Positions 17,991-29,219 of a stretch of 64,000 nucleotides of DNA are shown in pieces; position 1 is the first letter of the stretch; the number at the start of each line of letters is the position of its first letter. The translations under genes and the position numbers were made by a program. Source of the stretch: Vicinamibacteria bacterium (GTDB lineage: Bacteria; Acidobacteriota; Vicinamibacteria; Marinacidobacterales; Marinacidobacteraceae); NCBI GenBank assembly GCA_963555995.3, contig OY821641.1, positions 2,048,001-2,112,000 on the forward strand, written 5' to 3'. Below the pieces are notes generated by a model that was given only the letters and a program-made list of their open reading frames with translations, searched no databases and was not told the DNA's origin.

Positions 17991-18079
17991 GGTGCTGAGC
18001 CTTCCTGGAACGGAGAGTACCGCCTGACTCCGGCCGACGCCGGCAAGGGCGACGACCGGACCTCCGTAGAATCGAACCC

Positions 18080-19084
18080 ATGAGTACCAACTCCCCCGCC
18101 CGCTCCCGGCGTGTTCGTCCCGCCGCCATCCTGCTGTGCGTGTTGTTCAGCGCGCCTTCCGTGATCGCGCAGGAAGGCCGGACCCACACCTTCATCCCGG
18201 AACGCGGCTACCAGAGCTTCGCGGTCCGGGAGCCGGTGCTGCGGGTCGCGCCCGGGGACACGCTGGTCAGCGAGACCATGGGCGCGGCCTTCATGCCCGA
18301 GGAGGACCGGCACCTCGCGGGCGAGGTCGGGCCGATCTATATCGAGGGAAGCGAGCGCGGGGACACGCTCGCGATCCGGGTGGTGCGGCTGGAACTCAAC
18401 CAGGACCGGGCGTTCTCGGGAACCTCGACCGGATTCGCGGCGCTCACCATGACGCCCCAGACCGCGATGCTCCACGAGCCGGTGCCCGCGCGTAGCTTCG
18501 AGTGGGTGCTGGACCTCGAGGCCAACACCGGCACGCTTGAGTTGCCGGCGAGCGGCAAGGACCCGGTCACCGTCGAGCTCGAGCCGATGCTCGGGCGGAT
18601 GGCGGTCGCGCCGGACCGGGGCGAGGTCATCTGGAACGCCGCGCCGGGGAACTTCGGCGGCAACATGGACACCCCGGAGATCCGCGAGGGGGTGACCGTG
18701 TACCTACCGGTCTTCGAGCCCGGCGCCTACTTCTACTTCGGGGATGTCCACGCCCTCCAGGGCGAGGGCGAGATCACCGGCACCGGGCTCGAGACCACCG
18801 CCGAGGTGACCTTCGAGTTCGACCTGATCAAGGGCAAGGCCATCGCCTGGCCCCGGATCGAGAACGACGAATACCTGATGGTCGCGGGCTCGGTGCGGCC
18901 GCTGATGGACGCCTTCCGCATCGCCCATACCGAGATCATCTTCTGGCTCGAGGACGACTACGGCCTCGACCGCTGGGAGGCGCTGCAGCTTCTGTCGCAG
19001 GTCGGCAAGGCGCGCATCGGGAACGTGGTGGACCCGCACTACACGGTGGTGGCGATGTACCCGAAGAAGTACCTGCCGCGTTAA
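18080..19084 (+). CDS. Acetamidase/formamidase family protein with signal peptide
   Basis: GPIYIEG..GDTL, GGNMD, GDVHALQGEGEITGTGLET motifs. Confidence 0.88.
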   Translation: MSTNSPARSRRVRPAAILLCVLFSAPSVIAQEGRTHTFIPERGYQSFAVREPVLRVAPGDTLVSETMGAAFMPEEDRHLAGEVGPIYIEGSERGDTLAIRVVRLELNQDRAFSGTSTGFAALTMTPQTAMLHEPVPARSFEWVLDLEANTGTLELPASGKDPVTVELEPMLGRMAVAPDRGEVIWNAAPGNFGGNMDTPEIREGVTVYLPVFEPGAYFYFGDVHALQGEGEITGTGLETTAEVTFEFDLIKGKAIAWPRIENDEYLMVAGSVRPLMDAFRIAHTEIIFWLEDDYGLDRWEALQLLSQVGKARIGNVVDPHYTVVAMYPKKYLPR

Positions 19085-19299
19085 CGGCGGACGGCACCAT
19101 CCGTACCGGCCGAGGCTACGACGAGAGGAGTCACGACTCCTCCGTGCCTCGCGACCAGCCGACCGGCGAGAGCGCCTGAGTTCGGCCAATTCAGCCTCGA
19201 CTTCCTCACGGGAACGCGGCGGGATCCTGGCGACGAGTTCCTTGAAAGTCCACACCCTTTCCGGGCGCTCGTCCTCGCTGAGGTCGTCGGCGTCAGAGG
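19081..19299 (-). pseudogene. Possible decayed antitoxin C-terminus plus toxin start, cut by the IS3 end
   Basis: One frame reads FKELVARIPPRSREEVEAELAELRRSRRSAGR. GGAGGA RBS then GTG gives VTPLVVASA...* in another frame. Confidence 0.3.
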
Positions 19300-19495
19300 T
19301 GGACCCCATTGTTTGGACAGTTTTTCCGTTCCGGATAACGACAATTCGGGGCGGTAGGACCCCTCGAAGGAGGCCGACATGTCCAGACGACTCCGGCGGA
19401 ACCATTCGCCGGCATTCAAGGCGAAGGTAGCGATGGCGGCGCTGCGGCACGAAGGGACGGTTGCGGAGCTGGCGCAGCGGTTCGACGTTCACCCG
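19300..19495 (+). mobile_element. IS3-family left end with truncated OrfA
   Basis: IR-like tggaccccattgtttggacag, RBS aaggagg, and [39 protein letters not shown] (19379-19495), after which similarity stops. Confidence 0.85.
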
Positions 19496-20211
19496 GCGCC
19501 AACCCCCGACTCATCCTTCCCCTTCGTCCGCGCCCGATACGGCGCGCACGCCTGGGGCCGGAACCCCCAGTGCTTCGCGAACGCCGCAAACCGATCGTGG
19601 AACACCACCTCCCGCGTCGCCGCGTCGTGCTGCTTCACCAACGCCCTGGGGTTGTCCACCAACACCGTCTCCGGGACCCCGCCGAACTCCAGGAAGGTGC
19701 TCTCCAGGCCCTCGAACCAGTGCGCCTGCCGCTCACCCGGAAACACCCGCACGTGCAGCCGCCGGGAACACCCCAGGGTGGCCACGAACAAGAACACCTT
19801 CCTCTTCTCCCCGCCGATCCAGACCTGGCGCTGGCCGAAGTCAATCTGGAGCTGATACCCCGGCGGCGTCTCGAAGCGCGTCGTCGCAACCACCGCCGCT
19901 CGCAGCTCCCGGCGAAACGGCGCCACCTCCCGCTCGACCGTCCGAAGGCTCACCCGGACCCCCTGCGCCGCCAGCTCCTGGCGAACCACGTCCGCGTTCC
20001 CCTCATGCTGCAACAGACGCTCCCGGAGCCATGCCTCCCGGCCCGCCAGCAGCCGACGCCGGCGACGCCTCGTCGCCTTCCGCCAACGCCCGCGACGCAA
20101 CCACATCTGAACCGTCGTCCGGGAACAGCCCAACTGCGCCGCGATACGACGCGTCCCCCAGCCCAGACGGCGCAACCGCCGCATCTCCAACACTTCGTCC
20201 GGAGTCCGCAT
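19489..20211 (-). pseudogene. istA: IS21-family IstA transposase, 3'-truncated
   Basis: N-terminal [45 protein letters not shown], then an immediate stop. No istB. Confidence 0.9.
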
Positions 20212-20297
20212 CTCTTCCCCCTCGACGCCGCTCTCCGGCGTCGAAACGGAAACACACCTTTCCGAACTCATCCTCCAACTCCGACTGTCACCCTCGG

Positions 20298-20352
20298 GGG
20301 TGGCCCAGTTTTAGATGTCGCCAAGCGGCCCAGTTTTATCTGTCGCTTGACA
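20298..20352 (-). repeat. IS21 left terminal repeat region
   Basis: Minus strand TGTCAAGCGACAGATAAAACTGGGCCGCTTGGCGACATCTAAAACTGGGCCACC, with two tandem GCGACA..TAAAACTGGGCC units. Confidence 0.85.
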
Positions 20353-20366
20353 GCTCTGGTGGCGGC

Positions 20367-21749
20367 TCACCAGGACTCGGGATAGCGGAATGGCAAGACC
20401 GTAGTCGGACCGGTGGATTCGAAGTGAATCAGCACGTCAAATTCCGCGGTGAGCGGAGTCTCATACCAATACCACTGCGGAGTCTCGGGGTCATAGCAGG
20501 CGCCGATGCTGCGAAGGAACTGGGTCTCGGCGAGCCACGCACCTCCCGGGTCGTCGGGGTCGACGTCGCGCAAGTCGAGTACGAAGCGGGGCGCGGTGGC
20601 GCGCGCCAGAAGGCGCTCGTAGGAACCGGAGACCGGATCATCGAGGTCGAAAACGGTCCGTTCTCCGCAGAACCGTTCGAGTTCCCGTCTCGCTGTCAGC
20701 CGGCCGCGTTCGTGGCTGAAGGCGACGATAACCATGTCGTCACCGAAGGTTTCGCGGAGGAACGAGCCCTGCCAGCCAGGGCTGTCGGCGACGTGGCCGT
20801 TGTGAGCCCACAGCACCATCCTGCCATCGGGCCCGATCCGCCGGCTGAGCCACTCGGTGTTTTCGGCCATGGATTCGTCGCGACCCTGTTCACCGACCAC
20901 CACGAGGTGGTACTGGAAGGCAACGCGCAGACTCTGGAGGGCCACCTCGAACGCATCCTCTCCTCCCACCTTCACGAACTCGTCCCGGTGAGCGAGGAGA
21001 CGCTCCCTGACGTCTTCCAGCGACACCGCGCATTCCGCCCGGTGTGAGTCGGACTGATCCCGGTACGACGGGCGTGGAGACCGACCGCGAGGGTTGTTGG
21101 CGAAGTTGTCGAGGCATTCGAGTTGTGCCGAGATGTCCTCCAGAGATTCCGGGTCCACATCGCCCACGTACTCGCGCACGTTGTGGAGCGCCATCCCCGG
21201 GAACTGCATGTCGAAGCCGTGGAAACCTACGTCGCCGCCGGCGTCGTTGTGGTCCCGCATCCATTCGATCATCTCGAGCACGGATTCGGTGTTCCAGGTC
21301 CAGAAATACAGTCCCGACAAGAGGACTTCCGGATCTCCCTCCCCGGTGCGGACGTAGCGGTCGATACGGCGCGATTCCGGCCAACTGGCCTCGATCGCGA
21401 ACGTGTTGAACCCCATTTCCTCGACGAGGAAGCGGAGGATCCGAGCTTTCATCTCGAAGAAGTCACGAGTGCCGTGGGTCCCCTCGCCGAGGGCCACGAT
21501 GCGTGCGTCTCCCACGATGTCGCGCAAGAAACCGAGGTCCGTATGCGGGAGCGCCAGGTCGGTCCCGTCGAACGGGTGGACGTTCGCGTCGAGCCAGGAT
21601 GGGACCGGGTCCGCGGGGAGGGGCCGCAGCGCGGGCTGCGGCACGGTCCCGACCGGAGCGTCTTCCTGACATCCCAGGGCCAGCACCAGGGCGGCCGCGA
21701 GGCAGAGCGAACGAATCAGAACCGCGGAGTTTGTCGGAAGTGGGGGCAT
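20367..21749 (-). CDS. Erythromycin esterase family lipoprotein (paralog 2)
   Basis: ARIVALGEGTHGTRDFF, FAIEA, FHGFDMQ, RDESMAEN, LWAHNGHV motifs. Lipobox-like ALGC. Confidence 0.9.
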   Translation of the reverse strand: MPPLPTNSAVLIRSLCLAAALVLALGCQEDAPVGTVPQPALRPLPADPVPSWLDANVHPFDGTDLALPHTDLGFLRDIVGDARIVALGEGTHGTRDFFEMKARILRFLVEEMGFNTFAIEASWPESRRIDRYVRTGEGDPEVLLSGLYFWTWNTESVLEMIEWMRDHNDAGGDVGFHGFDMQFPGMALHNVREYVGDVDPESLEDISAQLECLDNFANNPRGRSPRPSYRDQSDSHRAECAVSLEDVRERLLAHRDEFVKVGGEDAFEVALQSLRVAFQYHLVVVGEQGRDESMAENTEWLSRRIGPDGRMVLWAHNGHVADSPGWQGSFLRETFGDDMVIVAFSHERGRLTARRELERFCGERTVFDLDDPVSGSYERLLARATAPRFVLDLRDVDPDDPGGAWLAETQFLRSIGACYDPETPQWYWYETPLTAEFDVLIHFESTGPTTVLPFRYPESW

Positions 21750-21769
21750 ACCTCGACCCCGGTGGCGTA

Positions 21770-23149
21770 TCACCAGGAGTCCGGATAGCGCGGCGTCAGG
21801 ATCGTCGTGGGGCCCGTGGACTTGAAATGGATGATGACGTCGTACCACTCGGCCAGCGAGACGGTCACCCAAGTCGGCCAGGCCGGGTTCAGACAGCAGC
21901 CGATCGATCGAAATGCGCGGCGTTCGGCGAGCCAGGTGGCTCCCGGCTCACTCGTGTCCCGGTTCCGCAGATCGAGTACGAACCGGGGAAGATCTGATCT
22001 CTCGAATATCGATTCGTAGGATCCGGGGCGAACGGGATCGAGGTCGAGTGCGGGAAGCCCGCGCTCACCTCCGGGACGGAGGTCCACGCCGGTGAACTGT
22101 CCGGTTTCGTGGCTGAAACCGACGACGACCATCGCGTCCCCGAATACCTCCCGCAGATAGGAACCCTGGAGCCGCGGTCGGGTCGAAACATGGGAGTTGT
22201 GCGCCCAGAGCACGATCCGCCCCTCGGGCCCGATCCTCCGCAGGATCCACTCGGTGTTTTCAGCCATGGATTCGTCGCGCGACTGTTGACCGATGGCCTG
22301 GAGGTGGTACTGAAACGCGACGCGGAGACTCTGGAGAGCCACTTGGAAGGCGTCCTCGCCTCCCAGCGACTCATATTCCTCCCTGCTCGACAGGAGGGCT
22401 TTCCGCACTTCATCGAGCGATGCGCCGCACTGCGTCCGATAAGCGTGGGGCTGGTCCCCGTAGTCCGGGTTGGGGAACCATCCCCGGTGATCGTTCGCGT
22501 AGCGCGTGAGGCAGGACAGCTTCTCGGTGACCGCCTCGGCGCGTTCCGGATCAACGTCCCGCACGTACTCCCGCACGTTGTGGAGCGCCATCCCCGGGAA
22601 CTGCATGTCGAACCCGTGGAACCCCACATCGCCACCGGCTTCGTTGTGCTCCCGCATCCACTCGATCATCTCGAGCACCGATTCGGTCCTCCACGTCCAG
22701 AAAAGAAGCCCGGTCAGCAACTCGTGCGGGTCGCCTTCTCCGGTGCGCACGTAGTGGCCTAGACGCCGGGATTCCGGCCAGGTCGCCTCGATGGCGAAGG
22801 CGTCAAAGTCCATCTCCTCGACCAGAAAGCGGAGAATCCGCGCCTTCATCTCGAAGAAGTCCCGGGTACCGTGGGTGTGCTCGCCGAGGGAGACGATGCG
22901 GGCGTCGCCGACGATGTCACGCAGGAATTCGATGTCGTTGTGCGGAAGCGACAGGTGGGTCCCTTCAAAGGGATGCGCGTTCGCGGCGAGCCAGGCGGGC
23001 ACCGGATCTGGCGGCAGGGTGGGCAGCGGAAGCGTCGGCGCGGTTCCGACGTCCGGGTCCTGGGCACACCCCGGGGCAAGCAGCAGCATGGCCGACAACA
23101 GCGGCGCGAAAACCATCCCGCGCCGTTCGCGAATCAGGAATCGGGGCAT
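21770..23149 (-). CDS. Erythromycin esterase family lipoprotein (paralog 1)
   Basis: ARIVSLGEHTHGTRDFF, RDESMAEN, LWAHNSHV motifs. GGAGG 6 nt before ATG 23149. Cys in APGC. Confidence 0.9.
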   Translation of the reverse strand: MPRFLIRERRGMVFAPLLSAMLLLAPGCAQDPDVGTAPTLPLPTLPPDPVPAWLAANAHPFEGTHLSLPHNDIEFLRDIVGDARIVSLGEHTHGTRDFFEMKARILRFLVEEMDFDAFAIEATWPESRRLGHYVRTGEGDPHELLTGLLFWTWRTESVLEMIEWMREHNEAGGDVGFHGFDMQFPGMALHNVREYVRDVDPERAEAVTEKLSCLTRYANDHRGWFPNPDYGDQPHAYRTQCGASLDEVRKALLSSREEYESLGGEDAFQVALQSLRVAFQYHLQAIGQQSRDESMAENTEWILRRIGPEGRIVLWAHNSHVSTRPRLQGSYLREVFGDAMVVVGFSHETGQFTGVDLRPGGERGLPALDLDPVRPGSYESIFERSDLPRFVLDLRNRDTSEPGATWLAERRAFRSIGCCLNPAWPTWVTVSLAEWYDVIIHFKSTGPTTILTPRYPDSW

Positions 23150-23188
23150 CGGCAACCTCCCTTCCTCGAAAGAGCCATCCGCAGGGCA

Positions 23189-23204
23189 AGCAAGCGGTTT
23201 GCCA
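23189..23204 (-). promoter_or_regulatory. Putative sigma-54 (-24/-12) promoter of the esterase pair
   Basis: Minus strand TGGCAaaccgcTTGCT has GG-N10-GC spacing and ends about 40 nt before the ATG. Confidence 0.55.
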
Positions 23205-23269
23205 GGTACGGATGTGACACCGTGAGAGGGAGGCGCGATCAGCGGACTACCCCATACGGCGGATCAGCG

Positions 23270-23489
23270 CCGCGCGCCCTGCGGGCCTGCGGCCCGCGTG
23301 CCGGCTGAAGCCGGCGTTCCAAGCCGTTCGCGCTGCCCTGCGCGAGTTACGTGACGCCGTGCGCGGCGCGGAGCGCCGCGCGTGCCGGTCTGAAGACCGG
23401 CGGTCCCAGCCGGTAGCGCCTTCTCGGACTTGCGGCGGTCTGCGGTTTCGCGACCTGCGGTCGCGATGCCGGCTGGAAGCCGGCGCTCC
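23270..23489 (-). repeat. Cluster of three same-orientation REPs (B, A, B variant)
   Basis: tgccggctgaagccggcgttcc (23299), tgccggtctgaagaccggcggtccc (23383), tgccggctggaagccggcgctcc (23467). Confidence 0.85.
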
Positions 23490-23507
23490 GAGACGCGCCG
23501 CTATGCG

Positions 23508-25166
23508 CTAGCGCTTCGTGGGCTTGGGGTACTCGTGGTCGGGGTCGTCCTCCAGGAAGAGGGGGATCGGTGGGGGTGGGAGGCCCTGCTCGGCGCGGGC
23601 GGCGCGGACCGTCTCGCGGACGTCGGAGAGCAGTTTGCGGGTGTCGTAGAGGATGCCGTCCTTCATCAGGTACTTGATGGAGCCGATGCGCTCGGTCCGG
23701 GCGGTGGCGTGGTTCAGGCGGACCGTGCCGGTACCGTAGAGCACCTTCAGGTTGTGGAGCGGGTTCTCCTCGAGGATCACGAAGTCGGCGATCTTCTCCT
23801 CCTCGATGCTCCCGAGCTGCTCGCCGAGCCCGAGGTACTCGGCTCCGTCGAGCGTGGCTGCCTTGATCACTTCGAGCGGGTGGAACCCGGCCTCCTGGAA
23901 CAGCTCCAGCTCCTGCACGAAGCCGAAGCCATAGAGGTTGAAGGTGTAGCCGGAATCGCTCCCCACCACGACGCGGCCCCCCCGGTTCTTGAACTCGTTC
24001 ACGAAGGCCATCCAGAGCCGGTAGTTCTCCTTCCAGTTCAGCTCCACCTGGGTGGTCCAGTCGAAGAAGTAGGAGGCGTGGTTGATGGCGCTCGGGCGGT
24101 AGAACTCCCAGAGGTTCGGGTGGGTATAGACCGAATGCCACTCGTTCCGCTGCTGGCGCATGAGGTCCCGGGTGGCGATGTAGGCGACCCAGGTCGGGTG
24201 GATCGTGAAGTCGAGCTCCAGCAGCTCGTTCATGACCTCGTTCCACTTCTCGGAGAAGGGCGGCGCGGCCTGCGCCCACAGCCGGCCCGCCTGGGTGAAC
24301 CGGTGATATTCGTTGTTGTAGTTGTAGTCGAACGGATAGTGCTGGATCGTCTTGTCCGCGAACATGGCCTCCGGTAGGCCGTACCAGTGGGTCATCGAGG
24401 TGAGCCCGGCGCGCGCGGTGTCGAGCGCGTTCATGCCCACCACGTCGAGCTGGGCGTGGTGCGTGGTGGAGAGGAGGCCCTGCTTCCCCGCCTCGTCGAG
24501 GGCGGCCCGGAAGATGCGCGGCGCGGCGCCGAAGAACTTGATCCCGTCGGCGCCCTGCTCCTTGACCCAGCGGACCCAGCGGCGCGCCGCGTCCGGATTG
24601 GTGACCGGCTCCTCGCCGTCGCGTCCGAAGACCACGAACGTCTCGATCCGGGGCGAGGTGATCTCGTTGTCCCAGGAACGCCGCGCGTGGTGGAGGAGCC
24701 AGCGGGTGTTGAAGTTGCCGACGTCGGCGCCGGTGGCGATCCCGTGCGCCATCCAGAGCTTGTGGACGTACTCGGTGGGGACGCGCTGCCCCTCTCCCTC
24801 GTAGTGCTGGTGGAGGTGCATGTCGAGGAACCCGGGCAGGATGTAATGCCCGTGGAGGTCGATCTCCTCGTCGCCCGGCTGCGCTACCGGCCGGTCCTCC
24901 TCGTGGATCGGGGTGACGCCGGTGCCCACGTTGTGGATCGAGCGGATGATGTTCCCCTCCACGATGATGTCCACCGGGCCGTACGGAGGCGCTCCGGTGC
25001 CGTCGATCACGATGGGACCGCGCAGGATCACCCGGTCCCAGGGACCCTCGCCGTCGGTACGGTCGGGGACGGGATAGGGAATCTCGTCCTGCGCCGCCAG
25101 CGGTACGGCGACCGCGCAGGCGGCGAGAAGCGCGAACAGCAGGGTGAACAGACGGTTTCGGGACAT
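23508..25166 (-). CDS. Secreted amidohydrolase family protein
   Basis: Start MSRNRLFTLL with signal peptide. PGFLDMHLH, GSDSG, GSIEEEKIAD motifs. Confidence 0.85.
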   Translation of the reverse strand: MSRNRLFTLLFALLAACAVAVPLAAQDEIPYPVPDRTDGEGPWDRVILRGPIVIDGTGAPPYGPVDIIVEGNIIRSIHNVGTGVTPIHEEDRPVAQPGDEEIDLHGHYILPGFLDMHLHQHYEGEGQRVPTEYVHKLWMAHGIATGADVGNFNTRWLLHHARRSWDNEITSPRIETFVVFGRDGEEPVTNPDAARRWVRWVKEQGADGIKFFGAAPRIFRAALDEAGKQGLLSTTHHAQLDVVGMNALDTARAGLTSMTHWYGLPEAMFADKTIQHYPFDYNYNNEYHRFTQAGRLWAQAAPPFSEKWNEVMNELLELDFTIHPTWVAYIATRDLMRQQRNEWHSVYTHPNLWEFYRPSAINHASYFFDWTTQVELNWKENYRLWMAFVNEFKNRGGRVVVGSDSGYTFNLYGFGFVQELELFQEAGFHPLEVIKAATLDGAEYLGLGEQLGSIEEEKIADFVILEENPLHNLKVLYGTGTVRLNHATARTERIGSIKYLMKDGILYDTRKLLSDVRETVRAARAEQGLPPPPIPLFLEDDPDHEYPKPTKR

Positions 25167-25228
25167 GCGGAAGGCTCCTCCGGAAGCCGGGCAGTATCCC
25201 ATACCGGCCGGGGTTGCCCGGGGGTTCT

Positions 25229-26017
25229 TCAGGCGGCCAGCCGGTCGAGACGCAGCCGGTGCCGGTCGTCGAAGAGCCGCCGGGACACCACCCGCACGAC
25301 CGCCAGCACCCCGAAACCGGTCCCCGCCGCGATCAGGAGCAGGATCAGGATCTGGTAGCGGACGGCCTGGTCCACCGAGGCGCCGGCGAGGATCTGCCCG
25401 GTCATCATTCCGGGCAGGCTCACCACCCCGGCGGCAGCCATCGCGTTGAAGATGGGGATCAGCCCGGCGCGAACGCTCTCGCGGGCGATGTCGGACACCG
25501 CCTCTTCCCGCGTCTCGCCGAGCGCCAGCCGCTGCTCGATCACCTCGCGGCTGCGGACCACCGCCTCGGTCAGCCGCTCGGTGGAGAGCGACACCCCGTT
25601 CATCGTGTTCCCGAGCAGCATGCCGAGCAGCGGGATGGAGAACCGGGGCGCCCACCAGGGCTCGGGCCCCAGCACCACCGCGAGCGCGAAGGCGGTGAAC
25701 AGGAACGACGAAAGGAACATCGCCAGCGCGCCGGCGAGATAGCCCCAGCGACCGGCGAGCGGACGCGCCTGGCGGGTCTTCACCTCGCGGGCCGCCACCC
25801 CGAGCATGAAGAGCGCCATGAGCGCCACGATCGCGGGTTCCGTCGTTCCGATGACGAACCGCAGCACCAGCCCCAGCAGCAGCAGTTGCGCCGACCCGCG
25901 GAACGCCAGCCAGAGAAGTTGACGGGAGACGCCCAGTCCGGCGAGTCGGTTTGCGAGCGCGAGGGCGACGACCGCGCCGGCGGCGGCGACCAGATCCCAA
26001 TAGCCGAGTTCGATCAC
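25229..26017 (-). CDS. fetB: ABC transporter permease FetB/YbbM (UPF0014)
   Basis: IPLLGMLLGNTMN and GVVSLPGMMTGQILAGAS..QAVRYQ motifs. Confidence 0.88.
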   Translation of the reverse strand: MIELGYWDLVAAAGAVVALALANRLAGLGVSRQLLWLAFRGSAQLLLLGLVLRFVIGTTEPAIVALMALFMLGVAAREVKTRQARPLAGRWGYLAGALAMFLSSFLFTAFALAVVLGPEPWWAPRFSIPLLGMLLGNTMNGVSLSTERLTEAVVRSREVIEQRLALGETREEAVSDIARESVRAGLIPIFNAMAAAGVVSLPGMMTGQILAGASVDQAVRYQILILLLIAAGTGFGVLAVVRVVSRRLFDDRHRLRLDRLAA

Positions 26018-26622
26018 CGGGAGACCCCCGCCGCCGCCCGGATGGTCCCCTCGGGCAACACGAGCACTTGATCGGCCATGGCAAGGACTTCCGGCAGGTG
26101 CGATACCCACAGCACCGGCGCCCCCCGTGCGAGCCGAAACCGGTGAATCCGGCGGATTACCAGCGACCTGCTGTCCTCGTCGAGATGCGCGGTCGGTTCA
26201 TCGAGGAGCAGGACGTCGGGCGAGTGCAGGAGCAGCCTCAGCAGCGCCAGCCTGGACTTCTCGCCGCTGGACAGCAGCGCCGGATCGGTTTCCCGGACTA
26301 CCGGGGCGAGGCCCAGCGCGGCGAGTTCTTCGTCCAGTGCGTCCGCTACACCGGGGAAGTGCTCCGCCACGGTGACGTGCCAGAACCGCGGTTCGGCGGG
26401 AAGAAGACCGACCCAACGCCGCCATCGGGGCGCCGGGACCGCCCCGTGCGGGGTCCCCCGCCAGGAACACTCCCCGCCGTGCGGATCGAGATCCGCCAGG
26501 GCGCGCAGCAGCCGGGTCTTGCCGGAACCCGAGGCGCCGGACACGGCGAGCATCCCTCCCGCCGCGACCTCGAAGGAGAGCGGCGGCAGACCGGGAACCT
26601 CCAGGTCACGGACGGCGAACAC
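26014..26622 (-). CDS. ABC transporter ATP-binding protein FetA/YbbL-like
   Basis: GASGSGKT, LSSGE, LLLDEPT motifs. Translationally coupled to fetB. Confidence 0.85.
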   Translation of the reverse strand: MFAVRDLEVPGLPPLSFEVAAGGMLAVSGASGSGKTRLLRALADLDPHGGECSWRGTPHGAVPAPRWRRWVGLLPAEPRFWHVTVAEHFPGVADALDEELAALGLAPVVRETDPALLSSGEKSRLALLRLLLHSPDVLLLDEPTAHLDEDSRSLVIRRIHRFRLARGAPVLWVSHLPEVLAMADQVLVLPEGTIRAAAGVSR

Positions 26623-26669
26623 CCACCTATTGTGGCGCGGCTCGCCCGGGCGCGTCCTACACTGACCCG

Positions 26670-27590
26670 GTGTCGGAGCCGCAGAGCGCACCGGGTCCCG
26701 GGACGGCGAGCCTCGGGCGCTGCGCGGTGGCGGGAGTCCTGGCCGGGCTCGCCAGCCTCGTCCCGGGGGTGAGCGGCGGGACGATGGTCCTCGCCGCCGG
26801 GGTGTACCCGGAACTGGTGGAGGCGGTCGCCGAACTCACCGCGGGACGCGTGCGGCGCGCCTCCGCGGCCCGCCTCGCGGTAACGGTCGGGGCGGCCCTC
26901 GTCGCCGTCTTCGGGGTCGCCGGGGCGGCCCGCGACGCCTTCATCGCCTGGCCGGTCCCCTGCTTCGCGCTCTTTCTCGGCCTCACCCTCGGAGGAGCCC
27001 CCCTCCTTTGGCGCCTGGCGTCCTCCCCGGGCCGGACGTTTGCTGCGGGAGCGGCGGCGGGAGCGCTCGCCGTGGTGCTCCCGATCCTGCTGGCGGGCGG
27101 AGCAGGCCCGGAAACGTCCGGACTCGCGGCGTCCGGGCCGGCCCTCTTCGGGGCCGGGGCGGTGGCGGCGTTCGCCATGGTGCTGCCCGGAATCAGCGGC
27201 AGCACGCTGCTGCTCCTGATGGGGATGTACCTGCCGTTCCTGAACGCGGCGGACCGGCTGGCCGACACCCTGCGGGCGCAGCCCTGGGACCCGGCGGCGG
27301 CGTTCGCCGCCGCCCTCGGCGTCCTTCCCTTCTTCCTCGGCATGGCGCTGGGCATCGCCGCCGCCGCCAGGCTCGTGCGATACTTCCTCGGCGCTCATCG
27401 GCGGGCGACCCTCGGCGTCCTCTTCGGGCTCCTGCTGGGCGCGACGGCGGGGCTCTGGCCCTTCCAGACCATGAACGGCGTCCCTTTCGCGCCGACCGGC
27501 GTCCAGATCGTCACCGCCGGGCTGGCCGTCGCCATCGGGTTCCTGTTCACGAATTTCCTCGGCAGCGGCCGCCGGCGAAACGACCGCTGA
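26670..27590 (+). CDS. DUF368 family membrane protein (putative undecaprenyl-phosphate translocase)
   Basis: Repeated motifs VPGVSGGT and LPGISGS. Confidence 0.85.
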   Translation: MSEPQSAPGPGTASLGRCAVAGVLAGLASLVPGVSGGTMVLAAGVYPELVEAVAELTAGRVRRASAARLAVTVGAALVAVFGVAGAARDAFIAWPVPCFALFLGLTLGGAPLLWRLASSPGRTFAAGAAAGALAVVLPILLAGGAGPETSGLAASGPALFGAGAVAAFAMVLPGISGSTLLLLMGMYLPFLNAADRLADTLRAQPWDPAAAFAAALGVLPFFLGMALGIAAAARLVRYFLGAHRRATLGVLFGLLLGATAGLWPFQTMNGVPFAPTGVQIVTAGLAVAIGFLFTNFLGSGRRRNDR

Positions 27591-27624
27591 ACCCCGCTCA
27601 CGCTTCCCAAAGGATCCGGACCCC

Positions 27625-29120
<1,496 letters not shown>

Positions 29121-29124
<4 letters not shown>

Positions 29125-29219
29125 CCCGTGGGAATAGTGCCCCGCGTTCGACCCACGCCAGCGAACGCCCGCCACACCACGGAACCTCTCAAACGCGGGG
29201 CACTCTCCCCACGGGTTGG
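29121..29219. repeat. 31-bp imperfect inverted repeat (mini-MITE or hairpin) starting at the ahcY stop
   Basis: ctagcccgtgggaatagtgccccgcgttcga versus reverse complement ccaacccgtggggagagtgccccgcgtttga. Confidence 0.7.

Noticed and set aside
19300-19350. Phd/YefM-like motif RIVVIRNGKTV on the minus strand
   Set aside because: It falls within the IS3 left-end sequence and is most simply a chance translation.
20367-23149. Calling the esterases ereA/ereB resistance genes
   Set aside because: Family motifs alone do not establish macrolide activity, so no gene symbol was assigned.
23508-26084. 858-aa ORF as a fusion protein
   Set aside because: The first ~306 aa overlap fetB in another frame and are low-complexity. 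The real gene starts at 25166 after a GGAGGAG RBS.
27591-27624. SAH riboswitch upstream of ahcY
   Set aside because: Only 34 nt separate ahcY from the upstream gene and no riboswitch consensus is visible.
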